A stretch of DNA of 24,000 nucleotides from NCBI RefSeq assembly GCF_900167335.1, contig NZ_FUXI01000013.1, positions 41,153 through 65,152 on the forward strand. The letters are read 5' to 3'. The translations under genes and the position numbers were made by a program. Source of the stretch: Pilibacter termitis. GTDB taxonomy: Bacteria; Bacillota; Bacilli; Lactobacillales; Streptococcaceae. Below the pieces are notes generated by a model. That model was not told the DNA's origin. It searched no databases and was given only the letters and a program-made list of their open reading frames with translations. Positions 11,948 through 18,485 of the stretch are shown here, piece by piece. Every line of letters starts with the position of its first letter. Position 1 is the first letter of the stretch.

Positions 11948-12709
11948 ATGAAAAAAATAATCCAGTTAGTTTCTGTTTTCGGTGTTCTGATAGGAATTGG
12001 TTTGATTGCCTTTCGTGTGGGTGAAAATATGCCAATGGAATATACCACTTTTGCACAGGAAACCAAACAACAAAAAGAAGAAAATAAAGTAGCAATCGCT
12101 TTGCCTAACGTAAAGACAAGCGATTGGGATTTGGTACTTGTGAATGATACGCACAAAGCAAGCGAAAAAGCTCCTGAGCTAGAAAAATTAAGCAATGGCT
12201 ATGAGCTAGACAAGCGTGTAGCACCTTTCTGGGTGAAGTTAAATGCAGCTGCTGAAAAAGCAGGACATGAACTTCAAATGGTTTCTGCCTATCGTTCGCC
12301 TGAAGAACAGGAAAAAATCGTGCAGGAAAATATCGGGCTAAATATGTCGGAAAACATGAGTGAGGAAGAGGCACAAGAAGAGACGATGAAAGTCATGACA
12401 CGTCCGGGATATTCAGAGCATAATACTGGCTTGGCTCTTGATGTGGTAGGAGTAGATTATTATAATGATCATCTTGACAATTTACTCGTAAAAGAATATG
12501 CTCAAGATGCAAGTGCAAAATGGCTTGCCCTCCACGTTTCAGAATATGGTTTTATTCTGCGTTATCCCCAAGGAGCTCAAAGTATTACAGGAATTAATTT
12601 TGAGCCGTGGCATTTCCGTTATGTAGGTGTGGAAAATGCGAAATATATCACAGAACATCACTTAACATTGGAAGAATATATTGAATTATTAAAAGGAGTT
12701 GGAAAGTAG
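11948..12709 (+). CDS. VanY/LdcB-type peptidase M15B (D-alanyl-D-alanine or LD-carboxypeptidase), membrane anchored
   Basis: N-terminal signal anchor. Zinc-ligand motifs are SEHNTGLALD (SxHxxGxAxD) and EPWHFRY (ExxH). Confidence 0.88.
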   Translation: MKKIIQLVSVFGVLIGIGLIAFRVGENMPMEYTTFAQETKQQKEENKVAIALPNVKTSDWDLVLVNDTHKASEKAPELEKLSNGYELDKRVAPFWVKLNAAAEKAGHELQMVSAYRSPEEQEKIVQENIGLNMSENMSEEEAQEETMKVMTRPGYSEHNTGLALDVVGVDYYNDHLDNLLVKEYAQDASAKWLALHVSEYGFILRYPQGAQSITGINFEPWHFRYVGVENAKYITEHHLTLEEYIELLKGVGK

Positions 12710-12712
12710 CAA

Positions 12713-13330
12713 GTGGCAAAACGACGAAAAAAAAGAAAATTTATTTTAAGAAGAGTGATAGTTGTAGCTTGCTTATTAGTTGTTGGATTTTTCTTTGCGA
12801 TAAAAGTATTAGATTTATTTGGCGAAGGAAATTCCAAGAGTGAGGAAAGCGTAAAAGAAGAAAGTGTAACAAAGGAAGGGTTTATCGAAAAAATTGCTCC
12901 CTATGCACAAGAGTTAGGACAGGCATACGGTGTAAAGCCGAGTATTATTTTAAGTCAGGCGATTTTAGAGAGCGACTTCGGTCAGAGTAAATTGGCAAAG
13001 AAATACAAAAATCTTTTTGGTGTCAAAGCATACGGCAATGCACCTAAAGTGTCATTGGATACGAAGGAATTTGTCGATGAAAAATGGATTACCATAAAAG
13101 GTGAGTTTCGTGTTTATGCAACCTGGAACGAGTCAATGGACGATCACACAAAACTGTTCGTAGAAGGTGTGGATTGGAATCCTGAGTTATACAAAGAAGT
13201 ATTTACCTCAAAAGATTACAAAGAAGCAGCAAAAGCAGTACAAGACGCAGGGTACGCAACAGACCCAGACTATGCAGAAAAGCTGATTCATGTTATTGAA
13301 CAGTATCATTTGGATAAATATGATTCTTAA
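12713..13330 (+). CDS. GH73 N-acetylglucosaminidase-domain peptidoglycan hydrolase, membrane anchored
   Basis: GTG start 3 nt after the previous stop. Basic N-terminus plus a TM segment. Motifs SQAILESDFGQS (catalytic Glu) and GYATDPDYAEKL are typical of mannosyl-glycoprotein endo-beta-N-acetylglucosaminidase domains. Confidence 0.85.
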   Translation: MAKRRKKRKFILRRVIVVACLLVVGFFFAIKVLDLFGEGNSKSEESVKEESVTKEGFIEKIAPYAQELGQAYGVKPSIILSQAILESDFGQSKLAKKYKNLFGVKAYGNAPKVSLDTKEFVDEKWITIKGEFRVYATWNESMDDHTKLFVEGVDWNPELYKEVFTSKDYKEAAKAVQDAGYATDPDYAEKLIHVIEQYHLDKYDS

Positions 13331-13334
13331 TCGG

Positions 13335-13378
13335 TAGAGAAATTGTATGGAAACATTCATATAATTTCTCTATTTTTT
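13335..13378 (+). terminator. Rho-independent terminator of the envelope operon
   Basis: Stem tagagaaatt(13335-13344)/aatttctcta(13363-13372) followed by T6. Confidence 0.8.
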
Positions 13379-13389
13379 GTACTCCTCAT

Positions 13390-13426
13390 TCTAGTTACGA
13401 GGTGCTGAAGTCTGGTGGTTGTTTGC
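13390..13426 (-). repeat. Orphan half-copy of the 123-bp repeat unit (3' arm, inverted orientation)
   Basis: tctagttacgaggtgctgaagtctggtggttgtttgc compared with the reverse complement of unit 1 bases 1225-1261 (tctagctacgaagtgctgaagtctggtggctgttcgc) gives 33/37 identity. Confidence 0.75.
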
Positions 13427-13557
13427 TTTATTTCATTCATTTTTAAAATTAATCACAGGAGAATTGTTACCGATAGGTGCGAAAAATGGTGGAAAAAAGA
13501 AGAAAATATGTTAATTTAATCCCAAAAGGGAATACAAAAAAACGGAGGATACAGAAA

Positions 13558-14775
13558 ATGAAAGAAAAATTACAAAATCTACAAAAGAAACACGTGATTG
13601 CTGGTGTTGTGGGAGTGTTTGTCGTTCTGATTGGTTTGACGTTTGTTGTGACGAAAAACGTTGAGGCGAAACGTGCGGAGGCGATTGCGGAGCAGAAAAA
13701 AGAGTTTGAGAAGAAAAGTAAGGACTTGGAGAGTATTCAGAGTGAAATCAAAGGTCTTTGGGAAGATGAGACAAAAGGATTTTTGAAAAAAGAAGTGTCA
13801 GAGGATACTTTCAAGAAACTTCAAAAGCAGTTTTCAGAGCATAAAATCGCAAAAGAAGTAGAAAACAAACAAGTAGAGAGTGCGAAAAATGACTACAACA
13901 AAGAAATCGCAAAAACGACAAAAGTTTTTGGTGATTTTGAGGTGACGTTTAACTCTCAAACAAAAACAAATGCACTGTTCAAAGCACCCGTTGTTATTGG
14001 AAAAGAAGTCAAAAAAGACGGAACGATTTCAGACGGTTTGACGATTGAAAAAATCAATGAAGTCGATACTGAAGTCTTAAACAACGAGTTTTCAAAAGCG
14101 GTCGCAGAGTTGAAAAAAATTGCGACTGACCAAGTCAACGGCATTACCAACAGCAAAAAAGCGGTAGAGGCTCTTTTCAAAGACGGAAAACCGCTTGACA
14201 ACGAAGAAAATTACAACAAAGTAAAAAAAGAAGTTGAAAAAATCAAGAATGAAACTGCCAAAAAAGAGCTACTTGCCAAACTTGACCAAGTGAAAAAAGT
14301 GGTCGAGGAGAAGAAAAAAGTAGCCGAAGAAAAAGCGAAAAAAGAGGCGGAAGAAAAGAAAGCAGCAGAAAAAGCAGAGGCGGAGGCAGCCGCAGAACAA
14401 TCTGGCGGAAAAGCCGTGCAAGACGACAGCGGAAATTGGGCAGTGGAAACACCACAAGGTGTAACCGTAGCCCCAAGTCAAGCAGCACCTCAAGCTCAAG
14501 CACCAAGCAATAACAATAACGGAAGTAGTACAGGTGGCGGGAATACCGCAAGTCCACAAACTCCTGCCCCACAGCCTGCACCGAGTCAACCAGTGACGAT
14601 TGTTGCGGGAGCTGTTGGGAATAGTGGAATGATTTTCGATACAGAATCAGAGGCTGATGCTTGGGCGACTGCGGAACGCTGGAAAGAGGGAGGAAAATGG
14701 TTTAAGAAATCACAACAAGTTGTTGACATAGTTTATTCTGACGGTAGCAGAAAATGGACGGTGAATTTCTTTTAA
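13558..14775 (+). CDS. Membrane-anchored coiled-coil, low-complexity surface protein with unknown C-terminal domain
   Basis: Start re-called at ATG 13558 (RBS cggagga), whereas the ORF track starts at 13477. The protein has an N-terminal TM (VIAGVVGVFVVLIGLTFVV), about 270 aa of K/E-rich helical repeats, a P/Q/A/S-rich linker, and an about 70-aa C-terminal domain (...GMIFDTESEADAWATAERWKEGGKWF...WTVNFF). Confidence 0.75.
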   Translation: MKEKLQNLQKKHVIAGVVGVFVVLIGLTFVVTKNVEAKRAEAIAEQKKEFEKKSKDLESIQSEIKGLWEDETKGFLKKEVSEDTFKKLQKQFSEHKIAKEVENKQVESAKNDYNKEIAKTTKVFGDFEVTFNSQTKTNALFKAPVVIGKEVKKDGTISDGLTIEKINEVDTEVLNNEFSKAVAELKKIATDQVNGITNSKKAVEALFKDGKPLDNEENYNKVKKEVEKIKNETAKKELLAKLDQVKKVVEEKKKVAEEKAKKEAEEKKAAEKAEAEAAAEQSGGKAVQDDSGNWAVETPQGVTVAPSQAAPQAQAPSNNNNGSSTGGGNTASPQTPAPQPAPSQPVTIVAGAVGNSGMIFDTESEADAWATAERWKEGGKWFKKSQQVVDIVYSDGSRKWTVNFF

Positions 14776-14782
14776 TAATAGT

Positions 14783-14821
14783 AAAACCCAACCTCTCATT
14801 TTGGAGGTTGGGTTTTGTTTT
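14783..14821 (+). terminator. Rho-independent terminator
   Basis: Stem aaaacccaacctc(14783-14795)/gaggttgggtttt(14804-14816) followed by a T-rich tail. Confidence 0.85.
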
Positions 14822-14865
14822 AATTAATTTCGTTTAGAAAAAAAGACAAATTTTGTAAAAATTGC

Positions 14866-14894
14866 TTGTTTAATCACAGGAGTTAGTTTAGAAT
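14866..14894 (+). promoter_or_regulatory. Putative sigma-A promoter of the toxin mRNA
   Basis: TTGTTT (14866-14871), a 17-nt spacer, then TAGAAT (14889-14894). Confidence 0.5.
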
Positions 14895-15008
14895 GGTTTT
14901 AGGGAACGAAAGTTTAATTGACGGTAGCTAAATACTTTTTGAGAGGAAGTGATGCCTATGAAAGTAGGATTTAAAGTTCGCATTCTAACGAAAGGATTAG
15001 CACTTAAA

Positions 15009-15104
15009 ATGACTGTTGCAGAGGCTCTGTCATTGATGTTAGCGTTTGGCTCTTTTGTCGCAACGCTCATCTTTGGTATCCTTGAAGCCAACAAGAAAAA
15101 GTAA
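15009..15104 (+). CDS. Small hydrophobic peptide, TxpA/BsrE/BsrH-like type I toxin ('putative holin-like toxin' family)
   Basis: Not in the ORF track. ATG 15009 to TAA 15102-15104 gives the 31-aa peptide MTVAEALSLMLAFGSFVATLIFGILEANKKK, with one TM helix and a KKK tail. It resembles B. subtilis BsrE (MSTFQALMLMLAIGSFIIALL..., from memory). In-frame upstream ATGs at 14952 and 14958 (RBS gagaggaag) would give 50- or 48-aa forms. Confidence 0.65.
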   Translation: MTVAEALSLMLAFGSFVATLIFGILEANKKK

Positions 15105-15142
15105 AAAACCCGTCTCTACTTTAGCCAGTTGACGGGTTTTTT
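15103..15142. terminator. Bidirectional rho-independent terminator
   Basis: Stem aacccgtc(15107-15114)/gacgggtt(15131-15138), flanked by A6 on the left and T6 on the right. It therefore works on both strands. Confidence 0.8.
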
Positions 15143-15186
15143 ATAACTTCAATATAGCTACCGACTTTTAATCGGTCGTTCCTTAT
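15105..15186 (-). ncRNA. Candidate antisense/antitoxin sRNA (~85 nt), convergent to the toxin gene
   Basis: Predicted only. It would run from the strong minus-strand promoter (15220-15193) to the shared bidirectional terminator. It would be fully complementary to the 3' end of the toxin mRNA. Confidence 0.35.
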
Positions 15187-15192
15187 AGTTTT

Positions 15193-15220
15193 ATTATATA
15201 CCGAAATTAAAAGAAGTCAA
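15193..15220 (-). promoter_or_regulatory. Near-consensus sigma-A promoter on the minus strand, pointing at the toxin 3' end
   Basis: The minus strand reads TTGACT (15220-15215), a 16-nt spacer, then TATAAT (15198-15193). No ORF follows it. Confidence 0.6.
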
Positions 15221-15241
15221 CTGAAAAATCATAAATAAGGC

Positions 15242-15281
15242 AAAAGCCAACTTTCATTTTATTTGAGAGTTGGCTTTTTTT
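15242..15281 (+). terminator. Orphan rho-independent terminator-like hairpin
   Basis: Stem aagccaact(15244-15252)/agttggctt(15268-15276) followed by T-run. There is no obvious upstream + strand gene or promoter between 15143 and 15241. Confidence 0.55.
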
Positions 15282-15390
15282 GCGTTTGAGAAAGAAAGGA
15301 AAAAGCGAAATGCCAATAAAAAATCGTTCGCCTTCGTAAAAATCGAGGTGAAAAAGACAAACTAAAAGAAAATTAAAATAGGAGGTTAAA

Positions 15391-16314
15391 ATGAATTTTC
15401 ATTTCAAACAAAAAGTAAAAAAAGCAACGGTTTTATCTGCTTTGTTGCTTGCAGGGTTTGCACAAGCACGAAATGTCTCCAGTGAAACGTTAGATATTCA
15501 ATATCTAAGTCCAACCGTTCATTATGAAAGTCATACACAGGGTTATACTGGTTTTGCTGATATTTCTAGGATGTATATTGACGGCAAACTTGGGTGGTGT
15601 ATTGAGCCAGAAACCCCCGCACACGCAGGGGCTGGATATAGTAGCACACCTAGCTATAATCATAAGATGAATCTCATTACCGCTATGGCAAGCGATTTAG
15701 GAGCTGAAACGAATAACGAAATTTTTGTTGGTGCTTTGAAAATGTTGCATGGCGAAATTAATTGGACGTGGGATAAATTGACAGGAATGACTATGGCAAC
15801 GGCAGATTCGGCGATTGGTCGTATTAACACGAAAATCACTGAATGGAATACAAAACCAAGTTTTGACGGTCAAACGATAACGGTGAAGTATGGCGATAGT
15901 ATCACTTTGACGGATACGAACAATGTTCTAAGTGAATATTCGAATATGAAAGTTAATAGTGCAAATGTAATCTATTCAATTAGTGGAAATAAAATAACTA
16001 TTACCCCAAAAGACGCTACCAAAGCTAGTGGTATTTTAGGTTTCCAAAGACCCAAAAGATATGGTTCACCGTTAGTCTGGGATAAACCGAGTTCTCAAAA
16101 AATTATTACACAAGGCGACCCTTTTAGCTTACCTTTCAACATCAACATAAAAGTAACCCTCCAAGGAGATGCCGAAATCCTAAAACTAGACAAAGTAACC
16201 AGAAAACCAGTCGCAGGGGTATCCTACAAAGTCGATTTCTCGGACGGCACACCAAGCAGAACCGTTACAACTGGAAAAATCCCTTGTTTTATCGCAGGTT
16301 TTAGATTAGAATAA
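15391..16314 (+). CDS. Secreted surface-adhesin N-terminal fragment (likely 3'-truncated gene)
   Basis: RBS aggagg. Signal peptide MNFHFKQKVKKATVLSALLLAGFAQA. The last ~40 aa (DAEILKLDKVTRKPVAGVSYKVDFSDGTPSRTVTTGK) look like the start of a Cna-B/SpaA-type fold. The ORF then ends abruptly with no LPXTG sorting signal, and 240 bp of non-coding DNA follows. Confidence 0.6.
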   Translation: MNFHFKQKVKKATVLSALLLAGFAQARNVSSETLDIQYLSPTVHYESHTQGYTGFADISRMYIDGKLGWCIEPETPAHAGAGYSSTPSYNHKMNLITAMASDLGAETNNEIFVGALKMLHGEINWTWDKLTGMTMATADSAIGRINTKITEWNTKPSFDGQTITVKYGDSITLTDTNNVLSEYSNMKVNSANVIYSISGNKITITPKDATKASGILGFQRPKRYGSPLVWDKPSSQKIITQGDPFSLPFNINIKVTLQGDAEILKLDKVTRKPVAGVSYKVDFSDGTPSRTVTTGKIPCFIAGFRLE

Positions 16315-16557
16315 TTTGTATAGAAATGCCACAAAGAAAATAATTGAAAGAGGTGTGAGAAGATGAACAATGAATAGTAGCCCACAAAATAAATGAGAAT
16401 TTCAGAAGCAATCAGATAGACTTTTCTCCAAAAATTTTGTGGCGAATACCATAATGATAAAGCAACTATAAAAAAATGAGTTTTGCGAATTTGTTAGTGG
16501 AAAATGGTTGATCTATTATCCGCAGATTTGCAAACAATTTTGGAGGATTTATTCGAT

Positions 16558-18099
16558 ATGCTTAAACAACTTGTTGGAAAAAATTATTTTTCTACTATAT
16601 CTTTTTCTTATTTTTAACTTGGTTAGAGTCCATTATATTTCCAATGGTTATGCAAATGATTATTTTAGCCATTCAAAAACATGACTTGAAAGAGTTGACC
16701 ATGAGTTTTTCTTCTTTCTTGATACTTAGTGCTTTGACTGTTATCGGTTTAACAGGAAAACGAATTTTTTATGCTAAAATTGATAAAACGTTTAAATACG
16801 AGTTGAAAGCAAAAGTGTTTGAACAGCTACTCAAACAAGAAAAATCAGAAAACGCACTTTCTTTGATTGAAAATGATGTTAATCAACTTTCATCCAATTA
16901 TTTGGAACCATTTGTGATTATTCTCTCAGCTATCGGGACGATTGTCATTAGTATGAGTTATATTTTATATACGAATCTGCTCATTGGTGCAATTTTTGTT
17001 GCCTCATCAGCAGTTATTTCGTTATTTAATGGCATTGGTGTAAAAAAATTGAATCATTTATCGGAAGAAAAGTCTCGTTATAATGCAAAATATTTCAAAA
17101 GACTTCAAGATTTTTTTGCAAGGAAGACAAGTCATCCGAGATTATCAGGCACAGGCTTTCTTTAAAAAATATTTTCCTCGTGATTTACTTTATTCCGAGG
17201 AGGCAAATGTTCGTTTGGAAACGCAGAAAGCGTGGAATAATACCTATATTTACTCGCTTGAGATGTTTTTTAGTTTCTTGCCGTTGATGATTGGTGCATT
17301 TTTTTCTTATCAAGGTCAACTTGAAATCAGCAGTTTGGTTGCCATTTATATAGCGAATTTGAGCATTGGGTATAGTTTCCAAGATTTAACGTATTACCTT
17401 AATTCGATTAAAGGAATGAAGAAATTAAAAGAAAAGATTATGAGTATTTTATCTTGGAAGGAAGAAAAAGCGAATATTCAGCAGGAAGAATCATCTATTT
17501 TTCCGATAAAATTTGAAAATGTAAGTTTTTCGTATGATGAAAAAGAGCTTTTTGAGAATCTTTCATTTGAGATAAAATTCGGTGAAAAAGTAGCGATTGT
17601 AGGTGAAAGCGGAGCTGGGCAAACAACGCTTTTAAAATTAATTACAGGTGAATTGTTACCGACAGGTGGAAAAATCACGTATCGAGGAAAAGAATTTTCA
17701 TCAGAATTTCTAAAAAATAATTTGACGTATATTAGGCAAGAACATCACATTTTCAACTTAACTTTGGCAGAAAATGTGGCATTAAATGATGAAATTGATA
17801 GAGAAAAAGCACTTTTGAGTTTGTCGAAAAGTCAATATAACCCTTCTTTTTTAGAGAATACGATAGAGAAAGATGAATTATCTGGCGGTGAAAAAAGTCG
17901 AATTGAACTTGCTCGTGCGTTATATAGAGAAAAGGATTTATTGCTTGTCGATGAGGCAAAAGCACATTTGGACAAAAAGACAAGCCGGCAGATTGCTCAT
18001 ATTTTGCACCATTTACCTGTCACGATGATTGAAATTAGTCATCAAATTGAGGATTTGAGTGTGTATGACCAAGTGATTGCCATTCCTCAAAGGGAATGA
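16558..18099 (+). pseudogene. ABC exporter (fused TMD-NBD) disrupted by two homopolymer frameshifts, with a Walker A Lys-to-Gln change
   Basis: ATG 16558 (RBS ggagga) gives MLKQLVGK. The frame breaks at A6 (16578-16583), and the reading continues in ORF 16644..17165. A second break occurs at T7 (17111-17117), continuing into ORF 17083..18099. The NBD has GESGAGQTT (CAA at 17620-17622), LSGGEKSR and LLLVDEA. Confidence 0.7.
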
Positions 18100-18160
18100 T
18101 TTAGGGGAATGTAGGGATTTTGCTTAATTCTTATTCCTTACTTGTATTGTAGGGAAAAAT

Positions 18161-18430
18161 ATGCGTTTGTTTTTTATGTATGCAACGCTTTCGATTCTCT
18201 ATTGGTTTCTTTCGTTTGTTTTTGACACAATTTTACTAAAAGTAGAAATGAAAGCTACGCAAAAACAAGTGAATATGATGAGAGGAAGAGTTTTGACGGC
18301 ATTTGAACACTAAAATTTTGTAGATTACCAAAAACAAGAAAATGGGAAAAAAGTTGCATTACTTACAACGGATATTCAATTGATTGAACAGAAGAAAACA
18401 AAAAATACTTTGATGAAATTATTGAATTGA
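18161..18430 (+). pseudogene. Remnant of a second ABC exporter gene (N-terminal TMD only, in-frame stop, 3' deleted)
   Basis: The reading MRLFFMYATLSILYWFLSFVFDTILLK...LTAFEH is interrupted by TAA at 18311-18313. It continues in the same frame as NFVDYQKQENGKKVALLTTDIQLIEQ... and ends at TGA 18428-18430. This is the pattern of the first ~90 aa of an ABC exporter TMD. Confidence 0.4.
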
Positions 18431-18435
18431 CACAG

Positions 18436-18474
18436 TTTAAAAGAGGCTGGAATATCACTCTACCCTCTTTTAAA
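18436..18474. terminator. Hairpin downstream of the HAD hydrolase gene (possible terminator)
   Basis: 11-bp stem tttaaaagagg(18436-18446)/cctcttttaaa(18464-18474) with a 17-nt loop. The flanks are only moderately T-rich. Confidence 0.4.
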
Positions 18475-18485
18475 CTGCGTTTATT

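Noticed and set aside
13449-13461. 13-nt identity ttaatcacaggag shared with 14870-14882 in the toxin promoter spacer
   Set aside because: A few exact 13-mers are expected by chance in 24 kb of AT-rich DNA. The flanks do not align into a second promoter, since the -35 and -10 equivalents are absent at 13449. It might be a shared operator, but this is unsupported.
14243-14589. Two minus-strand ORFs (112 and 106 aa)
   Set aside because: They are antisense to the K/E- and P/Q-rich low-complexity part of the 13558-14775 gene. Their Leu/Phe/Cys-rich translations are typical of shadow frames.
14888-15094. 68-aa minus-strand ORF overlapping the small toxin ORF
   Set aside because: It has no RBS and would begin inside the toxin coding region and run through the toxin promoter. 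The + strand peptide has a recognisable family signature, and the promoter and terminator geometry fits the + strand gene.
14952-15104. Longer 50/48-aa version of the toxin ORF (starts at 14952 or 14958, with RBS gagaggaag)
   Set aside because: Not fully rejected. The extension MPMKVGFKVRILTKGLALK is in frame and has the better RBS. However, family members I remember start right at the M-x-x-x-E/Q-A-L motif, so I list the 31-aa form and flag the alternative.
15214-15264. Minus-strand mini-ORF MKVGFCLIYDFSVDFF, sharing MKVGF with the long form of the toxin ORF
   Set aside because: It has no RBS and lies across the orphan terminator stem and the antisense promoter. It is not collinear with the inverted leader duplication. 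The 5-aa match is most likely coincidence.
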